A stretch of DNA of 64,000 bases from a virus: UHGV virus genome UHGV-1410950; one strand, given 5' to 3'. The number at the start of each line of letters is the position of its first letter. Positions within the stretch are counted from its first letter, which is position 1. Positions 1 through 10,654 of the stretch are shown here, piece by piece. Made by a program: the position numbers and the translations under genes. The notes beneath the pieces are model-generated. The model was not told the DNA's origin. It was given only the letters and a program-made list of their open reading frames with translations, and ran no database searches.

Positions 1-546
1 ACCGTCATCCACGTAGTAGATCGGGAAGAATTCGGCCCCGGTCGTGCCATCACCCTGCCAGCCCCACGTTGGGATAATTTGCAGACGCTCAGCGCCCGGC
101 TCGTTATAACCACGCGTACCCGCTGCCGGGTCGAGCAGTGACGGGTCATCAGCGGAGGTGATGATCTTCTGAATCATCCAGACGCCGATAACCACTGTTC
201 CGGTCTTCGAGATTGAGAAGCTGCCCGGCCCTACGCCGCGCATCGCGCCAGCTAGATAAATCGCACCAGATTCCAGCGTGACTTTCGCCATGGTGGAGTT
301 TGTCGGGTCGTCATCCAGAATGCAGCGTGCATCGCGGGAAATGTCGCCGTCCTTAAACAAGGAGTCAGCGATGCTTTTCAGGCGGGCCTGAGAAGCAGAT
401 ACGATTTCGTTTGCCTCAGCGGACTGGAAGATGCGCCCGGCGACAAACATCGGTCGGTCGTAGTTCTTCCCGTCTTGCGAGCCATCTAAGATGCGGTCAT
501 AGAATCCGTCGAGTGGAATCGTGCCGCCAGTCACAGGGGTAGACAT
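1..546 (-). CDS. Putative tail fibre / distal tail protein; 5' end present, 3' end runs off the window start
   Basis: Minus-strand ORF starting ATG at about 546 (MSTPVTGGTIPLDGF...), with a strong AAGGAG RBS 8 nt upstream. It is the last gene of the baseplate/tail module. No domain recognised. Confidence 0.4.
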   Translation of the reverse strand, partial: MSTPVTGGTIPLDGFYDRILDGSQDGKNYDRPMFVAGRIFQSAEANEIVSASQARLKSIADSLFKDGDISRDARCILDDDPTNSTMAKVTLESGAIYLAGAMRGVGPGSFSISKTGTVVIGVWMIQKIITSADDPSLLDPAAGTRGYNEPGAERLQIIPTWGWQGDGTTGAEFFPIYYVDDG

Positions 547-557
547 TCAGGCGCTCC

Positions 558-1109
558 TTAGAACTGGATAACGAATTCAAACTGCTGACGGATAGTTTCG
601 GCGCGAGTCAGTTTGTCGATGTACTCAAGCACCAGCAGCTGTCCCGGCGAGGTGTATTCAGCCACAGCATTTGGAGCCGCAGCAGCCATCAGATAATCCG
701 GGAAATTCGGGTTATAGGCATTCTGCCCGGCAGGCTGAGTTGCCAGCGGCACCGTATTAATAAACACACCCAGCTCACGGATAACAGGGTTAGTGCCCGG
801 CGCGTTCGGATCCACGGCTGCGTCTTTGAAGTCAAACGCAAAGCGCAGGTACAGGAATTTAGTCGGGTTCGTGGTGAATTCAAAACGGTTGCCCGGCACC
901 ACGATGGAGCCATTTGGATCCAGTACCACATAAGATTTTTGAGTCACCACGCGGCGACCGATTTCCTTCACCAGCTTGGTGGCAGATGCAGGTTCAGTCG
1001 GTCGGGAGGCATCCCATGACGGATCGCCAGCGCCCCACGCACAGTGAATGGTTTGGTTCATGATTGCGGTGGCCACTGCGGCGCGACCAGCTTCCACTAA
1101 AATTGCCAT
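558..1109 (-). CDS. Phage tail-associated protein (183 aa)
   Basis: ORF-track entry with a strong RBS (CAGGAGGGACT before the ATG). Sits between a baseplate gene and the fibre gene. Function inferred from position only. Confidence 0.4.
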   Translation of the reverse strand: MAILVEAGRAAVATAIMNQTIHCAWGAGDPSWDASRPTEPASATKLVKEIGRRVVTQKSYVVLDPNGSIVVPGNRFEFTTNPTKFLYLRFAFDFKDAAVDPNAPGTNPVIRELGVFINTVPLATQPAGQNAYNPNFPDYLMAAAAPNAVAEYTSPGQLLVLEYIDKLTRAETIRQQFEFVIQF

Positions 1110-1153
1110 AAGTCCCTCCTGAGGATTGGCTCTAGATTAAAGTCACGACGCTG

Positions 1154-2548
1154 TTAAGGTGTCGGGTTAGTTGGGTCAGTCGGGTCGCTGCCGTACAGCC
1201 AGTCATTACTGGTGTCCCAGTTATCCGGGTCTTCCCATGTAGCGCCGCTGATTTTCGTGGCGTAAACCTTCGCTCCGGTGAACATCCCACTGGCATTGAG
1301 GAAGAATTTATTTTCCTCTTTGTAGTGGTTAGAAAACACCATCCACTCATATGGCTTGCTCCATGTCTGGAAGCCGCGCCATGTACCTGCATCGCGCCAT
1401 GTTTTCAGCGCTTCTGGGTAGGCTTGGGCAAACTTAACGTCAGAAGCACCCAGCCCACCCATCCACGCGGCTACTACATGGGCGTCCGCCGTGTAGCTGA
1501 GCAGATGGCTGTCTTTGCCCCATACGCGGCCCAGCAGGCGCTCTTTTGGCGTCAGCATGGATTGCATAGAGGTGATCGCGGCTTTGTAGTGCATAGCCAG
1601 CTCGACCGGAGTATCAAAGCGCATATCATCGAGTCGGTAATACTCGTTGAAGGCGATGAAGGCTATGCGCATATCCCAGATACTCGTCCAGATCTCGCCT
1701 ACCAGCGGATCGTTGACGTAATAACGCATACGCGGCTCAGGCGTCATGATGTCAACGCCTGCGGCCTTGTTGCGCTGGATAATCGGGATAATCTTCTCAG
1801 TCCAGTCCAGCGGGGGAATGGTCTGGTAGCTGACAGGCTTAATCAGGAAGTACCCAATTGAGTCCTTATCATAGAAGCGGCTCGCGCTGTCAAAGCGACC
1901 GTAGTCGAGGCGGAAAATGTCATTCCACGGCTCCTCAATGGTCACATCGTACCCGGTCAGCTCCTTGATCGTGTTCTCAATGGCGATGGCGTTCACGCGG
2001 ATGCGAAACGCCTCTTTGGGAATCAGTGCCTGATAGTCTTTATCGCTCATCCCATCCGGGCGAGTGATGCCGAACAGCTTCCCCCAGTAGGCCAGCCAGC
2101 TGCCTTCTGCCTGCGTGATGATCATCTGCCTGAGGGCTTGGGTCACGGCGGCGCGGGCATCCCGGATCATCGTGGCATAGGCCCCCATAATCACATGCAG
2201 CTCGTCGGCAAAGCCCATAACCCATGACGGCGTAGCCTTCTGCACCAGTGTGCTACCCTCCAGCATGATGCGGGCGCTGAGCGCTTTGCTGTCAGTCTGG
2301 AGGTTGAAGATATCGAATCCATCCAAGGCCAGCTGTGCTGCCAGCTGCTCCACCGTCAGCGCGGTAAGGTCATACGTGTAATCGTATGTGCCACCGGGCA
2401 GCAGGTTGATAATCAGTTTTTCTTCGGCAACGTTCAGGCGCAGGTCTGAGGTTTTGCGTGAAATAGCAAACAGCCGGACTTCCTCGGCGGAGGTGTCAAA
2501 TACGGCGCGGTGCAGGTTACTCAGGAGGCGCTTTAGCGTTGTTTTCAT
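1154..2548 (-). CDS. Baseplate/tail protein (464 aa), in the Mu gp48 / P2 gpI-like position
   Basis: Long ORF directly downstream of the baseplate-J-like gene, with a 4-nt stop/start overlap. Call is positional. Confidence 0.4.
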   Translation of the reverse strand: MKTTLKRLLSNLHRAVFDTSAEEVRLFAISRKTSDLRLNVAEEKLIINLLPGGTYDYTYDLTALTVEQLAAQLALDGFDIFNLQTDSKALSARIMLEGSTLVQKATPSWVMGFADELHVIMGAYATMIRDARAAVTQALRQMIITQAEGSWLAYWGKLFGITRPDGMSDKDYQALIPKEAFRIRVNAIAIENTIKELTGYDVTIEEPWNDIFRLDYGRFDSASRFYDKDSIGYFLIKPVSYQTIPPLDWTEKIIPIIQRNKAAGVDIMTPEPRMRYYVNDPLVGEIWTSIWDMRIAFIAFNEYYRLDDMRFDTPVELAMHYKAAITSMQSMLTPKERLLGRVWGKDSHLLSYTADAHVVAAWMGGLGASDVKFAQAYPEALKTWRDAGTWRGFQTWSKPYEWMVFSNHYKEENKFFLNASGMFTGAKVYATKISGATWEDPDNWDTSNDWLYGSDPTDPTNPTP

Positions 2549-3675
2549 GGCAGCACGATCCCTAAGGTGGAGATAGTCACCTGATCATCGGAGGAGGTCA
2601 GCACCTCATTCTGTCCACAGGTGATGTTGGCGCTCATGGAAACCGTGACCTTTTCAATGCCAGCCACCTGCAATGCCGCCGATTTCACATCGTCCGGTCG
2701 CAGAATTTCCCCAGCTTGTACAGAGCCCAGCAGGCTGTAATAGGCGTTGCGGATGGATTGCTTAGTCGCTGGCGTCAGGGTGTAGCCAGACTGCATCCCG
2801 ACGAGGAAGGTCATCGGCACGACTCGCGCCGACATCGCGCCGACATCGGTACGCACCCCAGCAGCTGAGTAACCGGGAATCCTCTCTCCAGTCGTGGGAT
2901 CCTGATACCCGGTAATAATTTCCTGAGCGCGGGCCAGCAGCTCCGGGCTCGGAGAGCCAAGGTTAGACCAGATGTACAGATGGTTATAGCCCAGCGTGTA
3001 GTCATAGCCGCGTCGGGTGACGAATTCCACCATCACACCATTGGAGTCCCTGATCACCGCCGTAGTCAGCGCGTACATCAGGGATTCGTAGGTGCCACGG
3101 GAAAGGGATGCGATATACGACGCAAAGCGTACCATGCGATCCGCTTCGGTCTCCGCATCGCTGCCCCCGTTGATCTCCGCGTTGGAGATCGTGAAGTCTG
3201 CCGGGGCGAAGAAAGGCGAGGCGTTAATCTCACCTACGGCAGCATTACCCTTAAAGCCCGGTGATAATGCCTGCACAGGCACGCGGATAGTCGCCTCGGT
3301 AATTGGCCATGTCATTTGACCGCTCGACGCGTACTGGCGTCCATCCTTCGCCGTGAATACGGTGCCCTTCGGGATCGTAATCGGCTGAGTCAGCGGCTTG
3401 TTTGTGGTTACAGTGACGAGGCCAGACGCATAAGTAGCGCCCAATAGCGTGAAATTAAACGAGCGGTAAGTGGCGACCGGGATCGCCTCCAGCAGCCCGT
3501 TAAACATTTGGATGTAGAGCTCCTCGACCTCTTGGGCGGGAGCCTCAATCAGCGTTCGGGAAACAGAGCCCGGCTGGAGGTCAGTAATTTTAACGGTCGT
3601 GCCGCGCACATAGTTGAGCGCCCCGGCGACGATACTGACAAAGTTTTTGATCTGAAACATGCGCAGGCCCACCAT
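2545..3675 (-). CDS. Baseplate J-like protein (Mu gp47 / P2 gpJ family)
   Basis: 376-aa ORF. The N-terminal region (FQIKNFVSIVAGALNYVRG...LLEAIPVATYRSF) resembles the baseplate-J family, and size and position fit a Mu-like baseplate. A more likely start is the ATG at about 3660 (MFQIKNF...), which has a GGTGG-like RBS. Confidence 0.5.
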   Translation of the reverse strand: MVGLRMFQIKNFVSIVAGALNYVRGTTVKITDLQPGSVSRTLIEAPAQEVEELYIQMFNGLLEAIPVATYRSFNFTLLGATYASGLVTVTTNKPLTQPITIPKGTVFTAKDGRQYASSGQMTWPITEATIRVPVQALSPGFKGNAAVGEINASPFFAPADFTISNAEINGGSDAETEADRMVRFASYIASLSRGTYESLMYALTTAVIRDSNGVMVEFVTRRGYDYTLGYNHLYIWSNLGSPSPELLARAQEIITGYQDPTTGERIPGYSAAGVRTDVGAMSARVVPMTFLVGMQSGYTLTPATKQSIRNAYYSLLGSVQAGEILRPDDVKSAALQVAGIEKVTVSMSANITCGQNEVLTSSDDQVTISTLGIVLP

Positions 3676-3711
3676 CAGCAGAATGCCGATAGTGTGCCAT
3701 CACGACCAGCC

Positions 3712-4329
3712 TTAGACGTCCACCTTGAGGTCGATAGCTGCGCCAGCGATAGGCGTCAGATCGGCGCTGATACTCATCGCATCGCCGTTTTGGGTGGCGA
3801 CCACGCTGTTAACCGAAGCCACGCGGTAATCGGCTTTCAGCGACGCTTTGACGTAGCCAGCGCCCAGCGTGGTTTTCGTCGGGCCAGTTACCACACCATG
3901 CAGGAGATTCACCTTGCAGCCATATTCCGGGTGGCGATGAAGCTGCCCGGTCGGCGTGCGGATTCGGTGATTCAGCTGCTGAGTCAGATTATCGAGCCCT
4001 GCACACACCGCGAGATCCCCATCCACGGCTTTCAGACGACGGTTGACCATCAGGCAATCGCGTTCGAACAGCTGATCGTAATCAGTCTTGTCGGTGTATA
4101 CGCCTGCGGGTGCCGGGACGCGGATCAGGGAGCCATTCAGCAGCACGCCATCCTTCACGGCGGTAGGGTCATCCGTCAGATACGGATAGGTCAGCGAATT
4201 GAGCCAAAGCAGCTCAGCCCAGCGATTTGCGTCGTTGAGCTCGCGTCGAGCCACCGCTTGCAGGTCATCGCCGTATTGGGTCTGTACCAGCCGATAAGAC
4301 GGCATCTGGCGTTCGAATTCATTAGCCAT
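3712..4329 (-). CDS. Baseplate protein (205 aa; gp25/W-like or spike-associated position)
   Basis: ORF in a conserved baseplate gene string, overlapping the next gene. No motif recognised. Confidence 0.35.
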   Translation of the reverse strand: MANEFERQMPSYRLVQTQYGDDLQAVARRELNDANRWAELLWLNSLTYPYLTDDPTAVKDGVLLNGSLIRVPAPAGVYTDKTDYDQLFERDCLMVNRRLKAVDGDLAVCAGLDNLTQQLNHRIRTPTGQLHRHPEYGCKVNLLHGVVTGPTKTTLGAGYVKASLKADYRVASVNSVVATQNGDAMSISADLTPIAGAAIDLKVDV

Positions 4330-5506
4330 TGTAAGAGATCCCGTTATTAATCATGGTCAGGTGGCGATTGAGCTCAGCCACATCCTTAGGAGCCATTACC
4401 GGATCGTTGTTACCCAGCTCAGAAACGGAAGATGCTGCCGCGCTGGACAGCTGCACCGGGGATTTCTTGTCATCCATCAGAGCAAAGGCGTTACTGTCTA
4501 CGTAGAGGCTGCGTGCGCTACCGCCAGTCGTCGATGAGCAGTTTGACGCCCCGTACAGGCCATCGTAGTTGTCATACGTTTTACGCGGCTTGAGGGAGTT
4601 TTTAAAGATACACACCACTTCCTGAAACGAGCCGGAAACACGCATAAACGCCTGTTTAACATCATCAGGGATGCCCGCGATATTGGACAGCGTGCGGTTG
4701 AGGTTTACCCCGACGCGGGCCATATCGTGCGCGATGCCGATCAGATCATTCGCAGTACCGTTGATGGCGTTCTTCCCGGTAGCGATAACGCTGTTTACCG
4801 TGTTGAAAATGCGGTTTGCACTTTCGGTAAAGGCCCGGACGGTTGAGGCAAACGGCGCGATAGCGGCATCTTTCAGGTCAACCGCCTGTTTGATCCAGCC
4901 CTCAATATCCTTCCCGTAGCCCTCAATGGTGCTTACCACATCGCTCAGCGCTTTCAGTCCACCGAAGATAGAGCCAGAGAAGGGAAGGATCATCAGCGGG
5001 TTGTCAATGTCGGTATCGACACATTGCAGGTTCATCGAATACTGGAATAGCAGCGGACGGGAGCGGGAGCGGCGCAGCACAAAGTTGGACGGCGAGACCA
5101 CCCATGTAAAGTTGTTCAGCATATCTACGTACAGGAGTTTCACCTGACGGGGATCCTGCCCGTTGTCGATGGCCTGCTGTTTGGCCTGCGGGTACTGGTG
5201 CGCGATCAGCTGGTTGAGAGTTTCAAACGCCTGCGCACCATCCTCGCCGGAGCCCTGCGCGGTTCTCCAGCCCGTATGCCCGCTGATACTCAGTTTCGGC
5301 AGGCCCTCGCCAAACTGATCCTCCCAGCCCTGAACTCCACGCCCCAGCGTTTGCGTAACGTTGGAGCGTAGAGGTTCCTCGCGCGTAAAGTCTTCCGGGC
5401 GCAGCTTGAGCGTTACCGGGGAGTTGAGCCCGGACGGCGTTTGCAGCACGAAAGCAATTGGCTTTACGCCTGCTCGCTGGTCGGTTGGCCTGCTGCTTAG
5501 AAACAT
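4322..5506 (-). CDS. Baseplate hub-like protein (394 aa)
   Basis: Positional call: sits at the Mu gpP-like position after the spike-like gene. Confidence 0.35.
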   Translation of the reverse strand: MFLSSRPTDQRAGVKPIAFVLQTPSGLNSPVTLKLRPEDFTREEPLRSNVTQTLGRGVQGWEDQFGEGLPKLSISGHTGWRTAQGSGEDGAQAFETLNQLIAHQYPQAKQQAIDNGQDPRQVKLLYVDMLNNFTWVVSPSNFVLRRSRSRPLLFQYSMNLQCVDTDIDNPLMILPFSGSIFGGLKALSDVVSTIEGYGKDIEGWIKQAVDLKDAAIAPFASTVRAFTESANRIFNTVNSVIATGKNAINGTANDLIGIAHDMARVGVNLNRTLSNIAGIPDDVKQAFMRVSGSFQEVVCIFKNSLKPRKTYDNYDGLYGASNCSSTTGGSARSLYVDSNAFALMDDKKSPVQLSSAAASSVSELGNNDPVMAPKDVAELNRHLTMINNGISYNG

Positions 5507-5517
5507 GGATTATCCCC

Positions 5518-6300
5518 TTACTCCGGTGTTTTGGTCTTGCTGCCGCCAGACTGGACGCCACCATGAATGTGCCCGATTTGGCTGATATTGCCCGCGATCT
5601 GGTCGCCGTCAGATTTCACCATGCCGTTGGTCGTAATATCGCCATCGACGTGCAGTTTTTGCGTTGCGTGAACCATCGGCGTGTCCAGCAGAATACCGTC
5701 ACTCGCTTTGATAGTCGCCTGCGTACATTCCGCATAGATTTCGTCCTGGGCAATCAGGCGCACTTTACCATCAGGGGTAAAGGTCAGCTCCACCACGCTC
5801 CCAGCCATGCCAATGCGGAAATAAGGCTTTGTTCCGGTGTTCCGGTCAACAGCCAGATTTTTGTCAAAGTTTGCCCCGGCGAAGTCGCGGCGATCCGGTT
5901 TGGTACCCATGGTGATATACGCGCCGGACGGGTGCAGCAGCCCGGTGTTACCTTCTGCGTCGGTGTACCGGATCACGTCAGAGTCAGAGCGCTCAAACTC
6001 CAGCCCGTCCTCATCAAAGGTCATCTGGCTGATCTGCGGATACAGGAAGCCAGTGACGACCGGGGAGCTCCCGATAAAGTCCACCGTCGCCATGACCTCC
6101 TGCCCGGTCTGCTGGCTGATATTCCACTTATCCGCCCCACGGTCACGCACGCGGGGGATCTTGTTGCTCCCGGTACGCGCTGAGCCTGAGGCAGTCAGCA
6201 CCTGCACCCCGGCAAAGCGGGCATAATTGTCCACCATGATGAGGTCACAGGCGTGGTCTTTGGGATAGCTCGCCACCACAATGGCTTTACGCAGGGCCAT
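5518..6300 (-). CDS. Baseplate central-spike-like protein (260 aa)
   Basis: The C-terminus (HVDGDITTNGMVKSDGDQIAGNISQIGHIHGG) looks like a spike-apex region with an HxH motif. Position follows the DNA-circulation-like gene. Confidence 0.35.
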   Translation of the reverse strand: MALRKAIVVASYPKDHACDLIMVDNYARFAGVQVLTASGSARTGSNKIPRVRDRGADKWNISQQTGQEVMATVDFIGSSPVVTGFLYPQISQMTFDEDGLEFERSDSDVIRYTDAEGNTGLLHPSGAYITMGTKPDRRDFAGANFDKNLAVDRNTGTKPYFRIGMAGSVVELTFTPDGKVRLIAQDEIYAECTQATIKASDGILLDTPMVHATQKLHVDGDITTNGMVKSDGDQIAGNISQIGHIHGGVQSGGSKTKTPE

Positions 6301-7868
6301 CAGAAAATATCCTTTTTGAGAGAAAACAAGGCATCCAGATCCTTCCCGGCGCTGGTCAGGTCATTGCCACGGGTAGCCTGTTCTTTCAGCCATGGGCTTA
6401 CGCCGCCCCCGGTGCTGCTGACGCGCTCGGCAAATCCGGTACCGCGTGCAAATTCCAGCGACGTGCTGTACGAGTTGTACGGGATGAAATTATCCTGCAC
6501 GCTCATGATGTAGGCGCTCCATGTGATTTTTCCATCCAGCACGGTGAGGTAATCACCGCTGCGGAGCGCATCGGTTGAGTTATCCCGCGTCGGGCCACCC
6601 TTCATTGACAGTGCGCCAAACTCCAGCACCACGTTATCTTTGTTGGACTGGATCATGATGCCACGGCGATCATTAATCCAGTCTAGCATGTAGCCTCTGC
6701 GCTGCTCCTGAGGGTTCTGCTCCAGCCCGCTGGAAACGCTGGTCACATCGTCAGGGCTCATCACGGAATCCGCATACATGGCACGCACGCCATAGTATTT
6801 TTTCGCTGTGTTCGGGTATTCCATGGTCTGCTGAGTACCGCCAGCCATAATGGCCTCAACCTTGCGGTAAATATCATCGACCATCGCAAAGCGGCTGTTT
6901 GTCACCCAGTAATAGTTATAAACGCTCGAATCGTTGCGCGTCTGGCGGATATCGGAGATATAGCCATCTGGTACCGTTCCGTTTTTCGGCGGCTGCGGCA
7001 GGTTCTGAATGGCTAGCCCGGTCATCAGGTCAATGGCTGGTACCGGACGCCAGACGAGGTATACGCCATCCTCGCGGTCTTCAATAAAGAGCTCATTCCA
7101 TACGCCCACATCCAGATACTGCTTCATGAGGTCGTATACTGAGCCCTCCTGATTCATCCAGCTGTCAGACACTGAGCCTGAGGCTTGCAGATCAGGCTTG
7201 ATGACGCGCGGCACGCCGTTGTTTTTCGGCAGCAGGGTATCAAGCAGCGGGTTAATGGCCTTGTCCAGCAGCAGGTTGATGAATTCAGCCCCGGTGATGA
7301 CGTTCTTCACGTTGCCACCAAACTGCTCGAAGAAATTCCACCCGGTCAGCAGCGGTGCCGATCCGTGATAGCTTGGGATGTAGAGCAGCTGGAATGACTG
7401 GAGGATCTTGCCGTAATCCTGCCCACTCACCACCACCGTGCGCATCGGCTTGCCGTCCTTGCCCATCTGGCGACCACGGCTGATCTCGCTGACGAATCCG
7501 CGCATCTTAATCGGCAGGGGGTTCGGGCAGGGCCCAATCCCGCTCCACATGCGGATCTCTACCACGTCCATTGGCTCTACGAGCCCATAAATGGACTCCA
7601 GCCCGGCACTGTCCAGTACCGGGCCCATATTCTGCCCGGATACGTTCGGCTTGTCTGAGAAGCTCAGGGAGAAGGTACCGCAGGGTTGCCCGATGTTCTT
7701 CGTGGTGCTGATACTTGTCCCATCGCCAAAAAACGGCGTCAGGTCAATGTATGCCTCTTTGTTGGCATAGCGCTCAGAAGTAGGAAGGCCAGCATCTTTG
7801 GGCTGGCGCATGATGGACTTGTACAAGCGCACGCTAATCTTCGGCGTGGCAACGATAACCTTTGGCAT
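6300..7868 (-). CDS. Tail protein, DNA-circulation-like (Mu gpN position), 522 aa
   Basis: Large ORF immediately after the tape-measure gene, the typical position for this family in a contractile tail. No motif-level proof. Confidence 0.4.
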   Translation of the reverse strand: MPKVIVATPKISVRLYKSIMRQPKDAGLPTSERYANKEAYIDLTPFFGDGTSISTTKNIGQPCGTFSLSFSDKPNVSGQNMGPVLDSAGLESIYGLVEPMDVVEIRMWSGIGPCPNPLPIKMRGFVSEISRGRQMGKDGKPMRTVVVSGQDYGKILQSFQLLYIPSYHGSAPLLTGWNFFEQFGGNVKNVITGAEFINLLLDKAINPLLDTLLPKNNGVPRVIKPDLQASGSVSDSWMNQEGSVYDLMKQYLDVGVWNELFIEDREDGVYLVWRPVPAIDLMTGLAIQNLPQPPKNGTVPDGYISDIRQTRNDSSVYNYYWVTNSRFAMVDDIYRKVEAIMAGGTQQTMEYPNTAKKYYGVRAMYADSVMSPDDVTSVSSGLEQNPQEQRRGYMLDWINDRRGIMIQSNKDNVVLEFGALSMKGGPTRDNSTDALRSGDYLTVLDGKITWSAYIMSVQDNFIPYNSYSTSLEFARGTGFAERVSSTGGGVSPWLKEQATRGNDLTSAGKDLDALFSLKKDIF

Positions 7869-7870
7869 TC

Positions 7871-10654
7871 TTACCTCGTTGCGAAGCTGCGCGGTTGGCT
7901 AAAGCTGGAGCTCACTGGCAGCTGTTCGGTTTTAATAACCTGCCCCGACGAATCTTTATGCTGTACCTCCAGCGGAGCCGCCTTAATATCAATCCGTCCA
8001 CCAGTCTGAGGCATCGTTTTCGGGTCGATGTTGTTCAGGTCTTTCAGCTTATCTTCCCACGCATAGACGCCCGGCGCATAGTTCCGGTTTTCAGATGTGT
8101 AACGCCCGGCCCCGGTACCGCCGTTGTAACGGCTCAGGGCTTCATATTCGTTACCACCAGCAGCATCCAGATCGTCGCGGAGGTGCGCAGCACCAGCCAT
8201 GATATTCCCGCGTTGGGTGTAGATATCGTACTGGCGCATATATTTGGCGTTCCACTTCGGTACCAGCTGAGCAGCACCGATAGCGCCAGCGCGGCTGACC
8301 GCTTTGTTACTGAAACGGGATTCCTGCGCGATCAGTCCACGTAACAGGCTTGGGCGGATGTTGTACTTCTTCGCCGCGTCCTGAATGTCCTTTTCCATGC
8401 TTTTCGCGCGCGCAGCCATATCGCCCGGCACGTTCTCCGGCAGACTGGCTTTCGCGTTTTCGATCAGCGCCGCAGGTGAATCACCCAGACCTGAGGTATC
8501 AATCGCCCCGGTCTCAGTAGCCGTCAGGCCGTTGCCGTATGCAGCTGTGTGCGCGGCATCGAATCCGACCTGATTATATGCAGCCAGCTCCTGCTGCGTG
8601 ATCTGCTGCTGACGTTTCAGAGCACGGTAGCGGTCGCCTTCCGGGCCCATAGTTTGCAGCCCGACGCCTTTGTTTTGCAGGGCCTTCATTTCTTCGCCAT
8701 AGGCGTCGATACGCCAGCCATACTTGCGCTGACCACGGCGCAGCTGATCCTGACGCATCCCCTTCTCGTAATCGCTGCGCAGGCTGTCCTCGCTGCCACC
8801 AGTCATCTTGACCAGCGCCATGCGCATCACGTCCAGCGAAGGCAGAGCACGATCCGCGAAGCGGGTAAACGTGTTGTCCAGCTTCGCCACGTTATCGCGG
8901 ATCTGGCTACCTTCGGTTTTGGTACCACCATGGACGCTGACCAGCTCAGCCATGATGTCTTTCAGCTTCTCGGCATCATTGCCCTTATACGCACCCATCA
9001 GACGGGAGCGCTCGGAATCGGTCAGGTCTTTGCGGCCCAGATAGTCCTTCGCCATGTTGCCAAGGCCAGCGCCACCGCCTTCGATGATCCCCATCTGCGC
9101 CATCAGCTGCGGGTTGACGTTCAGCCCCAGACGTTTGGCGCGGGTATCAGCCCCGGTCAGCTGCGTCATTGAGGTATTGGCGAGGGTCATCGCCTCGTTG
9201 ACGCCAGTCCCCAGATGGTTAGCCAGCGCCATGTAATACTCAGGCGTGCCCTGCCCGTACTGGCGAGCCATCTGGCGTTTAACCATGTCAAACATGGTTG
9301 TACTGCCCTGCGGGCCAGCACCAAAGGCGCGACCGTATGGCGTATTAGCACCAAAGGCTGAGCTCAGCGTGCCAAACATCCCGGTTTCTTGGAATGATCG
9401 CAGCTGGTACGGGTTCAGGCCAGCAGCCATGCCCATTCTGGCGGTGAAGGCTTGGGATGCTTCGCCCATGTTTCCACCGCGCGTCAGAGAGGCGTTGACG
9501 CGGCTAAGGAGCGATGCCGCACCCTGCACATCCATGCCCGGCAATCCAGTTTGCATCAGGCCAGCCAGTGCGCCGCCATAGCCAGCGACGTTTGGCCCGG
9601 TCAGGCTTTGGCGTGCTGCCGTAGTGGCGAAGTTGGTGATCGCCTCCATGGCTTCATTGGCCTGCCCGAAAGCGCCTGATTTGCCGATAGCCTCACCGAT
9701 CAGCGCCCCCATGCGGCGAGTGTCCTGATCGGATCGACCGATATTAGCTCCGCGCAAACGGGCCATGCTCCCGGCGACGCCAGTCGGATCCAGCCCGAAG
9801 GAACGGGCCAGACCGCCTGAGGTCAGCAGCCCGGTCATTGGGTTCTCGCCCGGTCGCAGGTTTGCGCGGGAATAAGCTGACGCCATCGCAATGGCGTCTG
9901 AGGTCTTCATGCCCAGCGCATCAGCCAGCCCGCTAGGGCCACCGATAGCGCGTTTCCACGCCGCATAGGAGGCAACGCCCCCGACTTGGCGATAGAGTTT
10001 GTCCAGGCCGATTGCGTTATCCTGAGCCTGCCCGACCTTATCAGCGATAGCGCCGATGATTTTGCCGACGCCAAGCGCCGCCAGACCACCGACGAGGCCC
10101 ATAAGGCCAGCGCCAGCGCCACCAGAAAGGCCGGAGCTCAGCGCGTTGGACATTACACCACCTACCGGGCCAAACGCTCGCAGCCCGGATTGCATGACGT
10201 TAACCCCCTGAGCACCCCAGCCCTGCCTCCAGTTGTTTGGTACCGGAGGATTGTTTGGGTTTGGGTTCGGAGGTGTCGGTGTGCGCGGTGGCTTAGGCTT
10301 TGGGTTGTCGTCAAACTCCACGCCAAGGAATTGCAGCATGTTCTGCATTTTCTTGATGCGCTCAGCCTGATCGCCATACATCTTTTTCCAGTCTGCCATG
10401 AGCGGGTTAGTCTGGCCTTGGCCCGTCTTGCCCATGGTCGTTTTGAGCTCAGTCTGGATTTTCAGCAGCTTCTGCATCTGCTTGATGAAGGCGTCCAGAT
10501 CCTCTTTCGACTTGACGTTAATCGGCTCGAATTTCTGGTTGTTTGCCTGACCGACCTGCGACGCGAGGATGCGGATCTGGTCGTTAACCATCTGGATCTG
10601 CTGTTTCAGGTCTGCCGCATCGAACTGGGCACTAACCGGAATTTTAATTGCCAT
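7871..10654 (-). CDS. Tail tape-measure protein with C-terminal soluble lytic transglycosylase (SLT) domain
   Basis: 927 aa, Gly/Ala/Met-rich and coiled-coil-like, as expected for a tape measure. The C-terminus carries the SLT signature (AQESRFSNKAVSRAGAIGAAQLVPKW). It follows the G/GT-type chaperone pair. Confidence 0.8.
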   Translation of the reverse strand: MAIKIPVSAQFDAADLKQQIQMVNDQIRILASQVGQANNQKFEPINVKSKEDLDAFIKQMQKLLKIQTELKTTMGKTGQGQTNPLMADWKKMYGDQAERIKKMQNMLQFLGVEFDDNPKPKPPRTPTPPNPNPNNPPVPNNWRQGWGAQGVNVMQSGLRAFGPVGGVMSNALSSGLSGGAGAGLMGLVGGLAALGVGKIIGAIADKVGQAQDNAIGLDKLYRQVGGVASYAAWKRAIGGPSGLADALGMKTSDAIAMASAYSRANLRPGENPMTGLLTSGGLARSFGLDPTGVAGSMARLRGANIGRSDQDTRRMGALIGEAIGKSGAFGQANEAMEAITNFATTAARQSLTGPNVAGYGGALAGLMQTGLPGMDVQGAASLLSRVNASLTRGGNMGEASQAFTARMGMAAGLNPYQLRSFQETGMFGTLSSAFGANTPYGRAFGAGPQGSTTMFDMVKRQMARQYGQGTPEYYMALANHLGTGVNEAMTLANTSMTQLTGADTRAKRLGLNVNPQLMAQMGIIEGGGAGLGNMAKDYLGRKDLTDSERSRLMGAYKGNDAEKLKDIMAELVSVHGGTKTEGSQIRDNVAKLDNTFTRFADRALPSLDVMRMALVKMTGGSEDSLRSDYEKGMRQDQLRRGQRKYGWRIDAYGEEMKALQNKGVGLQTMGPEGDRYRALKRQQQITQQELAAYNQVGFDAAHTAAYGNGLTATETGAIDTSGLGDSPAALIENAKASLPENVPGDMAARAKSMEKDIQDAAKKYNIRPSLLRGLIAQESRFSNKAVSRAGAIGAAQLVPKWNAKYMRQYDIYTQRGNIMAGAAHLRDDLDAAGGNEYEALSRYNGGTGAGRYTSENRNYAPGVYAWEDKLKDLNNIDPKTMPQTGGRIDIKAAPLEVQHKDSSGQVIKTEQLPVSSSFSQPRSFATR

